DNA from: Paraspadella gotoi
Taxonomy: Eukaryota > Animalia > Chaetognatha
Reading direction: 5' to 3'
NCBI GenBank assembly: GCA_051294375.1
Contig: CM119268.1
Coordinates: 5,569,221 to 5,633,220 of the forward strand
DNA length: 64,000 nucleotides
Shown here in pieces: positions 9,722-19,470 of the stretch; within the stretch, counting starts at the first letter, position 1; each line of letters opens with the position of its first letter. The position numbers were made by a program, and so were the translations under genes. The notes under the pieces are model-generated. The model saw only the letters and a program-made list of their open reading frames with translations, searched no databases and was not told the DNA's origin.

Positions 9722-12590
9722 TTCAATCGCTCCGTCCAAAAGTGGGAATGCCGTTATCAAGCCAAGAACATGTGCCCGGCCAAACTGCTCGTCCGAGAGG
9801 CCAACCAGGGCGACCTCTCCAACGCTCAAGCGACCCTTCTCATTCATCACAACCACAAACCAACTTTTACGGCCAAAAAAGAGAAGGGAGCGGCGGTAGA
9901 AGGCGGGGTGCTGGTGGAGGCGGCGGTGGAGGCGGCTGTGGAGGCGGCGCCCTGGACTGAACCCAGAAAGGTTGCTCCTGGAAGAGGCCCTTCACCCTCC
10001 CAATGTCATATCTGTGGCGGCATCTTCAGTACCAATGTGGTCAGACAAAATCACATAGAGGAGATTCACAAAGGCCGACGGTTCCGCTGCCTGATTTGCG
10101 GAGTGGACGTCCATCGCTGCGGGAAACCTGGGCATCGATTGACGGCGGGTCACGCAAAGGATTCCCTATTTAAAAAGGGCTCAATTTTTCGAAAGGTTTA
10201 TTTGAAGTCAAAAATACAAGGCCGAGATTATAACAAAAAGGGATGGGAGAATAGAAACGAAAAGAAAAAAGAAAGTACAAGTAAAAAAGACATAAGAACA
10301 TTGGAACATTTGAACATTGGAAATAAAGAAGAGGCGGTAATAGAGTCAGCGACTGACCTAAAAAGAGGGCGCTAACAGAAAGGGCACATTCTTCATTCCA
10401 GTGCCATCTCTGCGCTGGAGTTTTCAACTTCAATCAGTCTCGACACCGTCACTTGGAAGACTTTCACAAAGGCGGAGATTCGTGTGCCTGATTTGTGGAG
10501 TGAAGGTCTACGAAAACAAGAGATTGAAACATCGATTGGCGGCTGGTCACCCAAAGGACTCACCTTTTCGAAAGGTTTATTTGAAGTCAAAAATACAAGG
10601 CCAAAACTATAACAAAAGAAGATGGAAGATTAGAAACGAAAAGAAAATACAAATTAAAAGTAAAAAAGACATGAAAACATTGGAACATTTGAACATTGGA
10701 AATAAAGAAGAAGCAGTAATAGATTCAGCGACTGACCTCAAAGAGAGCGCTACAGAAAAAACCCATTCTTCATTCCAGTGCCATCTCTGCGATGGAGTTT
10801 TCCGCTCCAATCAGACCCGATTCATTCACTTTGAAGACGTTCACAAAGGCCGGAAATTCGTGTGCCTGATTTGTGGAGTGAAGGTCAACAACAACCACAA
10901 ATCCAACCATCGATTAGCGGCTGGTCACCCAAAGGACTCACCTTTTCGAAAGGTTTATTTGAAGTCAACAATTCTAAAAAGAGAATTAGTCAGCAAAAAA
11001 AGAGAGGAAAGAAAAAGAATGAAAAAAGAAAACGAAATCAAAAACAAAAGGAAAAACGAATCCGGAGAAAGGAGGAAAACTTTCGATGATGATGAGGACG
11101 ACGTCGACGACGACGATAAAAACAACAACAACGACGACGACGATGACAACGACGAGGTTAGAGGCGATCGCCGCGGTCGTCGTCACAAGAAAGAGAAAAG
11201 GGAGATAAAGCGTGAAAAGGAAAGAGACGATGAAAAGGATAATGAAGAGAAAAAGGAAGGAGAGGAAGAAGAAGAAGAAGAAAGCGAGGAAGAAGAAGAG
11301 AGGAAGGAAAACAAGTTTCAACTCGTCGACCGAAAAAGACTCAACAGTTGGATGCAGACGACGTCTAAGAAAAGAAGATTGCAATCTTCCTTTGTCGAAG
11401 AAAAAAGAGATGAGGAAGAAAAGGAGAAAAAAAGGAAAGAGGTGGAAAGGAAAGAAGAAGAAAGAAAAGAGAAGGAAAGGAAAGAAGTGGAAAGGAAAGA
11501 GAAGGAAAGAAAAGAGAAGAAAAGGAAAGAGGAGGAAAGGAAAGAGGTGGAAAGGAAAGAAGAAGAAAGAAAAGAGAAGGAAAGGAAAGAGGTGGAAAGG
11601 AAAGAGAAGGAATTAAATAAGAAGAAAAGGAAAGAGGAGGAAAGGAAAGAAGAAGAAAGGAAAGAGATGGAAAGGAAAGAAGAGAAAAGGAAAGTGAAAG
11701 AAAGGCAAGAAGAGGAAAGGAGAAAGCAGAAAATAAAAATCGAAAGCGATTGTCTAATCACGTATCAACGAAAATCCGCATCAAGCGACAAAAACGACAA
11801 CGACTCTGCCGCAAATTTCCTTCCTGCTGCAACCAATAGCGTCCATAGAGTCGGTGGCATTCAACAGCAAGAATCGCAACCATTTGGACAGAACAACCAT
11901 GCCTTGCTGCAACAGCAAGCAACGCAACTGTTGCAGCCGTTTCAGACAAACTTTAGTCAATTGAGCCTGCCTTCTATGTCAACGAACGTTAATTTTTTGC
12001 AGCAAATGTTGCTACAAAATCCATTTATGATCCCACAACTTTCTCTGCCACAAACTCCGCTGCAAGAAGAGATGCAATTTAATTTCCCATCTTCGACCCT
12101 GGGGCAGAAACTTTTGCAGAAGCCTCTCTCCAACACTCCCAATGATACTTCCGCGTCAATGATGTTGTCTTTAAATGCCCCAGAGCCGTCTTCCTCCATC
12201 AGCCGCTGCCCAATGCCGCCGTCACCGCCTTCAACAGCTTCTACAACATCAATAGCCTCAACATCTACATCAGACTTATCCCAACCTTCCTCCATCAAAC
12301 CGATCATCAAAAACGAGCATCGTGATTCCATCTTTTGTGACATTTGTCACCTGCGATTCACTCAAGACGACGAATCGTACCGTTTGCACCTGCTCCGGCA
12401 CCTGGAGGAGTTTCGAGACAAAACCACCTGTCCGTTTTGCCGCGTGGATTGCGAGACGTCGGCCAAGATGACCGACCACTTCATGATGGTTCATGGAAAA
12501 GTGGAAAAGATTTTTTGCTCCGAAAAAACTTGCGCGAGGAGTTTTTGGACTTTTAAGTCGTCGACGAGGCACGCGGCCAAGCATAACTGA
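9722..12590 (+). CDS. Gene C exon 3: C-half of FLYWCH 2, three paired-C2H2 modules, K/E/R repeat, Q-rich region and terminal triple C2H2 (frameshifted in this assembly near 10360-10475)
   Basis: Acceptor ttttaccAG (9720-9721). Reads FNRSVQKWECRYQAKNMCPAKLLV...IHHNHKP. ORFs 9710-10375 and 10401-12590 join if three single-base indels are corrected against the neighbouring repeat unit. Confidence 0.8.
10001..10970 (+). repeat. Intragenic tandem repeat of about 380-400 bp (about 2.5 units), each encoding two C2H2 fingers plus a basic linker
   Basis: Units begin QCHICGG (about 10001), QCHLCAG (about 10399) and QCHLCDG (about 10776). 'cgaaaggtttatttgaagtcaa' recurs three times. Confidence 0.9.
11410..11730 (+). 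repeat. Purine-rich coding repeat (RKE(V/K/E)E pentapeptides, likely a charged helix)
   Basis: 15-nt period AGGAAAGA(G/A)NNGGAA inside gene C. Confidence 0.8.
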
Positions 12591-12675
12591 TTCAAAATAC
12601 TCATTTCAGAATACATTTTGGTGATTGCTTGATATTAGACCTTGTAACGTTTTACTTTTCTGGCCTCAATACAAT

Positions 12676-12681
12676 AATAAA
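12676..12681 (+). promoter_or_regulatory. Candidate polyadenylation signal of gene C
   Basis: AATAAA about 85 nt after the stop codon, similar spacing to gene A. Confidence 0.4.
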
Positions 12682-13111
12682 TGTATTATTACTATTAATA
12701 TTTTTTTCTGAAAGGAAATTCAACGAAGCGTTTCAGGGTAAATATTTTATGGAAGATTTTAAAAATACATGAAAATAAATTTTCATAAGAATAGTATAAA
12801 ATCGAATCGTTGTAATTCTAATTACTTTTCTAATGTTCTCCATGTCAAAGACAATCAGACATACAGATTTGTCTTTTCTGATGTCGGTTGAGGCTAAAAG
12901 AAAAAAAAAAAAGAATCACACGATCGATTTAAATTCAAACCAGAAATTTTCTTTTCCTCCCCCTTTCTCTTGTGGCCCGATATAAATCCGGATTTTTTTC
13001 TCCTTTTTTCTCCGAATAGAAAAATCCAAGAAAAGTTTCTGGGAATCCGAGAATTCTCATCCTCGTCTCTCTCGCCCATCTCTTCTTCTCTTCTCTCTCT
13101 CTCCTCTCTCT

Positions 13112-13161
<50 letters not shown>

Positions 13162-14001
13162 TTTCTCTCTCTCTCTCTCTATTCGCCTCACGCGTTTTTC
13201 ATTGGCCGCTCAAAAAAAAAAAAAAAAAATGGCCGCTCAAAAAAAAAAAAAAAAAAAAAGGCCGCCTTCAAAAATCCGGTAGGCGCTTTAAAATCACCGT
13301 TAAGTTTACCGGGTGATTTTCATCGATGGCTTTCCAATAAAAGTTATGGCCTGTCAACCTTACATATCATTTCTAAATTTTTTTTAATTATACAAAACAG
13401 TATTAACATAATCAGAAACAGTAACAGTGTAAAAGACCGAAAAATGGTAAACGAGTAAAAACTAAACTACTTATAAAAATTCAATAAAAAACATTTAAAA
13501 TTGTACCATTAATAATTGTTATAAACTAATTCATACGAAACTATTATAAAAAATATGAAAAACAACGTTCAAGAACGTTCAAGGATATAAAAAATTAAAA
13601 TCATAAAAATAATCATTGATATTATTATACGTTTGAAAATTGGGAATTAAATCGATGTACATCGGACTATAGTATAGAGTAAACCCAATGAAAAAGGTAA
13701 AATTGTCTGAATCTATCTCATGAATCTGTGAGACATTGATGGGTTAGTTGTGGGCCTCTCTTTGTCATTGTTTGCTGTCATTTTTTAAATTAATATGAAT
13801 ATTAATGTTATTACTATTAATATGTTATGAACTAATTATTAAGAAACTACAAAATATAACGTTTAAGAACGTTCAAGGATCAAACATTACTTTAAAATTA
13901 AATGGCAGTTGCCACAAACTAAACGAAGGTAAGTGAGAGAAAACAGAAAAAGAGAGAGATAGAGAGAACGATGGAGAAAAAGAAAGAGAAACAGGTTCCC
14001 T

Positions 14002-14076
<75 letters not shown>

Positions 14077-14410
14077 AATAAAAACTCTTGCCAAGACGTA
14101 AATATGCAAATTGATTTTTAGAGGAACTGAATGCCTTTGAAAACGTGGCGACGCATAGAACGGCCTTTGCCTGGGCGATGCAATGGGCGTTGGGGGTCGA
14201 GGTAGATAGGTGGTGTCCTGGGTGGATGGTCGGTAGTGGGTTGGGGTGGAAGAATCAGCGACGACGATCGCCGGGAAAATCGGCAGCGGTGTCCGGCGAC
14301 GGCGGCGAATTTAATGTGCGACGGCGGTGGCAAAATCCGCCCGAGAAAAAAATAAAGTCTTCAACTTTGTCGGATTTTGAATGCAATTGGCTCGATTGTT
14401 TAAAATACAG

Positions 14411-14640
14411 TGATTAATGCGCTAAAGGGGCTGAAGATGAATAGCCGCAACTTCTTTAACACCTCTAATATCTATGGAACGGGTCCTAGGTTTGGAACCA
14501 GTGTCGGACGTTTTCCAGGCCCACGAGGCGGTTGACGGCCATCCTCACGCTTCCCGCAGAGTCAGTACCGGATTGAGATCCGAATTGAACCCGGTACCTA
14601 GTGATCATGAGCTGATGACTTTACTCAGTGAGCCACAGGG
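14411..14640 (-). mobile_element. tRNA-derived SINE-like element (tRNA-Met-like head)
   Basis: The minus strand reads GTGGCTCACTGAGTAAAGTCATCAGCTCATGATCACTAGGTACCGGGTTCAATTCGG: A-box-like, CAT anticodon-like loop and B-box GGGTTCAATTC, then a GC-richer body. It does not form a proper cloverleaf. Confidence 0.55.
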
Positions 14641-16491
14641 TCACGACTGAAGGTGTCACTCTTATGTTGGAATAGATGGGAGAGTGTACGATCATTAAGG
14701 TCCTCATTTGGATATAATGATATCTATAAAATTTTTGCTTGTAGATCAAAAAACTTTGAATCCAAGCTTTTTTCCTCTAGAAACAATATTCTAAAAATCT
14801 TGTCAGCTTATTGTTAATTTTTTTTTTTTTTTTTTTTTTTTTTCTTTTTTCGTTCTGTTAATTTAAATATTTATATTTTGTTGAATTGTAAACTGTTCAA
14901 TTTATGCGTTTATCTGTAATGCTGTATGCCCTTTTGAATGTACTGTTTCAACTAATTGTTGTAAACGAATAAAACACATATATAAGCGGGGAGAACTTAT
15001 TCAATGCCCGACTACAATACTATAAATACATTCAGATTACAATTCTTCGCTCGTTAAATCTTCTTTCTATTCGTTATTTAATTTTTTTTTCACTTCTTTT
15101 TATTTTTTTTAAATTTTAAAACGATATTTAGTTTTCCCCGTTTTTTTTGTCCTTTTTATTTGTTACTATTTCTTAAAATTTTATTTTTATATTTTTTTAC
15201 CTTATTCTTGAGGTGATTTCTCTTTCTCCTTCTACACTATTCCTTTTTCCTTCTTTCTTTTTTATTTTCTCTATCTTTTTCCTTTTTCTCCCTTTAACTT
15301 TCTTCTCATAGCTATTTTTCCTTCATCCACCCATTTTCTTCTCTTTCCTCTATCTCTCTCTCTCTCCCACTTTCCTCCATTTTCTTGCTCCCTCTTCTTC
15401 TTTTCTCCCCTTCCTCTCTTTCCTCCCCTTCCTCCTTCCCTCCTTCCTCCTTTTTTCCTCCCCTTCTTCCTTCCTCTCTTTCCTCTTTTTCCTCCCCTTC
15501 CTCCTTCCTCTCTTTCATCCCCTTCCTCCTTTTCCCTCTTCTTTTTTCCTCCCCTTCTTCCTTCCTCTCTTTTCTCTCTTCCCTCCCCTTCCTCCTTCCT
15601 CTTTTTCATCCCCTTCCTCCTTTCTCCTTCTCCCAATTGTTTTTTCTCCCCTTTCTCCTTTTCCTCCTCCTCTTCATCCACCGGAAATCGTTTGTCTTTT
15701 GCCGGAAGCAAAAAAGGAGAAAAAAAAATTTCGCCATCAAAACTTCTCTTGGAGATTTGACGACGTGATCGACCGGGAGAGAGAGAGTGGGAGAGAAAGA
15801 GAGAGTGGGAGAGAGGTAGAGAGAGAGAGAGAGAGAGAGAGAGAAGAAGAGAGGGGCTCTGATGATGTAAGTGAGAGAGGGAGAAAGGGGGAGAGGAGAG
15901 AGAGGGAGAGAAATAGAGAGAGGGAGAGAAAGAGAGGAACAGGGGTGAAGAGAGAGACAGAGTGAGAGAAAGTGAGAGAGAGTCAAGAATGAAAAAAATG
16001 GAATTAAGGGATGGGTCATATGTCTTGTGATTCAGAAGTAACTTTTGAGAGTACTCATAGTGAGAAAAATGCTATTTTTCTTCTCTCCTTCTCCCTTGTT
16101 CCCTCAAATTCTTAGTATTCGAGTTTGACCGGTCATTTTTGTCTGGCCGGTCAACATTTACACCTTATTTTATTTGTCAATTTTTGGAGGAAAATTAGAA
16201 TATGTTTTCAGTCCTGTTTTTAGACTCATTCAGAAACTTATGCCTGTTTTTGAATCCCGTTTTTACGGGTTTTCGGTGTGATATGCTATTAACGTTTCTC
16301 GATCGATACAAAAACGTCGAGAGTTGAATATTCATAAATATATATATTAATCTTAGTCTTAGATTTATGATTTGATTATAAGTATTTTTAAAAATTAAAA
16401 TCAATTTCGTACAAGCTTCCAGTTTTTTTGGAACTAGGATTGGAGTAAACCAAGGCAGTTTTCGGTCGCTTTTTGTTAAGTAATTATCGAG

Positions 16492-16754
16492 GTTATATTT
16501 AATCCAAGACCTGTTATTGGGATAAGATTTAATTCGGGATCTTGTAATTGGTGTAATATTTAATCCTGGACCTAGGAATTAGTGTAAGATGTAATCCTAG
16601 ACCTTGTACTTTGAGTAAGATTTAATCCTGGAGCTAGCAAATGGAGTAAGATTTGATCTCGGACCTGGTAATTGGGGTTAGATTTAATCCTGGATCTGGG
16701 AATTGGTGTAAAGTTTAATCCTTGACCTTAAAATTGGGGTGATATTTAATCCTG
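16492..16754. repeat. 31-bp diverged minisatellite, about 8.5 units
   Basis: Consensus approximately GTAAGATTTAATCCTGGACCTAGGAATTGGN. An inverted copy lies at about 26155-26427. Confidence 0.85.
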
Positions 16755-17579
16755 CCAATTAACTAAATTCTAAAGCCGACACTTCACTCCAGATCATTGA
16801 AACCTTTCACCCTGAAATAGACTTTCATAATTATGACTTCGACTTATCATTGATTGTCATCTTCTCTAATCTTAACCGACTCATCTCCTTTCAATCTCTT
16901 TCGAATTTTCCTCTTAAAGGACGGACGATTCTTCAAAAGTTCGTCCGTCCGTCTTTTCTCGTCCGTCGGTGATTTTTATCGATAGAGGAGAAAAATTAAA
17001 AAAAAACTATAATATGCAAATGAGTTTAAAGGCTAAATCGTCGCACGATAAATTATAAATATTTCTCTCTCTCTCTCTCTCNNNNNNNNNNNNNNNNNNN
17101 NNNNNNTCTCTCTCTCTCTCTTCTCCTCTCTCTCTCTTCTCTCTCTCGCGAGATTTACGTAAGAGATTCAAGTGAGTTCGACGTAAATTGGCGTTAGAAG
17201 ACGCGAGATTAGAAACGCAAGATTGACGCGAGATTGACGCGAGATTGACGCGAGATTGATTTGAACGCTTCGAGAAGCGAATAGGGGAATTGACAGTCGG
17301 TAGTGAAGTGGGTGGGGGGAGGGAATAGAAGGGGGTGGGCGAAGAAGAAGATAAGAAGCGAATATCTTGTTCAGAGAAAAAATATCCCGCCCTTCTTTTT
17401 TTCTCTCCACTTTCCTATCTCTGTCCTCTATCTCCAACCTTTTCTTCCTCCTCCCTCCCTCCCCTCCTCTCACTCTTCCTCCCTCTCTCTCTTCTTCCCC
17501 ACTCCCCATCTCGCCCTCTTTCTTCTCCCCCCTCCCACCGTTTTCATTCTCTCTCTCTCTCTCTCTCTCATCATCTCTC

Positions 17580-17612
<33 letters not shown>

Positions 17613-18779
17613 TCTCCTCTTCTGCCCTCTCTCTCTCTCCCTCTCTCTTCCCTTCTGCTCTCTCTCTCTTTCCTTTTTCTCCCTGTCTCTCTCTCTCACT
17701 CTCTCACCACACTTATTCCTTCTCTCCAGAAGAAGAGAATTCTCCAATTTTTTTTTTACCACGGGAAAATTTGGCGAAAAAAAAAATTTCTTTACCGTTT
17801 TCTCTTCTCAGTTCCCAGTCTTCTCTCCCTCCTCCTCCTCCTCTCCCCTCCTCTCATTTTCCTCGACTTATATCCTCCACAAAATCATGAGGCTCGAGTC
17901 TTTCGTCGTCCGACAGAATAATATAATCTCGCTCTTATCCTTTTTCTTTTTCCTTTTTTCATAGCTCTTTTTCTTTTCTTTCGTCTGTGTCCCTTTTCTC
18001 ACACATTCCCTTTTTCTAAATCTTTTCCCCCTCCTTTCTTATCTTAACCTTGTCCTTTCTTTTAAACTTTTTTACTTTCTTTCCTGTATTTTTACCCCAA
18101 TTTTATTTTCTTTTTTTTTTTTCAATTTTTCTTAATTTTTTCCTCTTTCTTTTCCTACTCTCTTTTTAAACCTAATCCATTTTTTCTTTTTTAAGTCTTC
18201 CTTTCCACATTTTATTTTTTCCTTTCTCTTTTTTCTCCTTCTACTTTTCTTTTTTCTTTTTTTCTTATTCTTTTTCCCCTTCCTTCTTATTATCTTTGGT
18301 TCGAGGCGCTCGAGCTGAAAATGCCATCGAAACTTCTTCCCAGGAAATATCGCATAAGCCTTTGACAAAATAAGGTATGAACATCACTCCTTTGTAATTC
18401 TTCTCTTCTCTCTCTCTCTCTCCTCTCTCTCTACTCTCTCACTCTCCTCTCTCTGCTCTCTCTCTCTCTCTCTCTTCTCTTCTCTTGTATCTTCCGACTT
18501 TTTCTCTTTTCGAAAAGATTTATTCAAATTCCTGGTTTCCGCGAGGAGAGAAGAAAGGTTATTGAGAGAGGGGAGCAGTGAGGAGCGACAGGAGACGCAG
18601 AGGAGGAGAGAGAGAGAGAGAGAAGACGAGGGATGTCGGGGTGCCAGAGGGGTGGGCGGTTTTTGTGGTGGGTTGTTGGTGGTAAAGTCAACGACGAAGA
18701 TAGCTAGTGCAACGAGAAAAGTAACGAGACTAGAGGAGAGAGGGAGACACGCACCGACAAGAAGAAAGAACAGACCATT

Positions 18780-19470
18780 TCTTCTTTATCCTGCGTGACT
18801 GAAGAGCGGACGTTATTCACGGTGTCGCGTCCGTGTTTCGATCCAAGATTTTAAATGATTTTTATAAACATTGAAAAGCTAAGGTTTTCCATATTAATTC
18901 AATCACTAGTATTAAAACTTTTGCGATTTCAACTGTTAAATTTCTTCGATTTGAAAGGACTGAGGGTCTGCTGTTTAATATTTATTAGTCTTGTAAAGTA
19001 ACCGCCCATAGTCCTGTCCAAAGTGAGGACAAGATATCATGATTTATGATATTTTATGATATCTGATTAAGAGAAATATCGATTTGGGAAACAGTGCTAA
19101 TTTTATTTAGACCATGCATTCAAACCATTTAAAGCTGGTTCAATATTCAAGACATTAAGTCCCTTTTTGGTTGGAAAGTTTCTCCTCTCTCTCTCTCTTT
19201 CTCTCCTCTCTGAGTCCTCCTCCCTCTTCCTCTCACCTTCTTCTTATTGTAAAATAATTTTTTTACCCTCACCAACAGATTCTGCTGGCCTTGAATAAGA
19301 AACCAGCTAAATGGTTTGAATGCATGGTCTAAATAAAATAGCACTGTTTCCCAAATCGAATGTTTTCTTTTATGCAAAACTAGCTCAGTGCATGAGATGA
19401 CCACTTAACAATCCATTTGATGATATATCTTATTGATATTTTTATAATTTGTCGTACCAATTTCATAGTA
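18780..19470 (+). repeat. Noisy direct copy of 36295-36956
   Basis: Collinear from ctttatcctgcgtgact to ccaatttcatagta, with many 1-bp indels. Confidence 0.85.

Noticed and set aside
3092-12584. Antisense and alternate-frame ORFs overlapping genes B and C
   Set aside because: They are shadows of low-complexity or GC-rich coding DNA and carry no independent motifs.
14575-14640. Functional tRNA-Met gene
   Set aside because: The acceptor and anticodon stems do not pair properly; treated as a SINE head.
16492-16754. CRISPR array
   Set aside because: The units are contiguous and diverged with no unique spacers, there are no cas genes, and the context is eukaryotic.
12894-18800. Many ORFs rich in S/L/F or R/E/K
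   Set aside because: They are translations of CT/GA microsatellites and polypyrimidine tracts.
18795-18845. Hammerhead ribozyme (CTGAAGA followed by a CGGACG/CGTCCG stem)
   Set aside because: There is no GAAA after stem II, and the cleaner copy at about 36310-36362 reads as a tRNA-like B-box instead.
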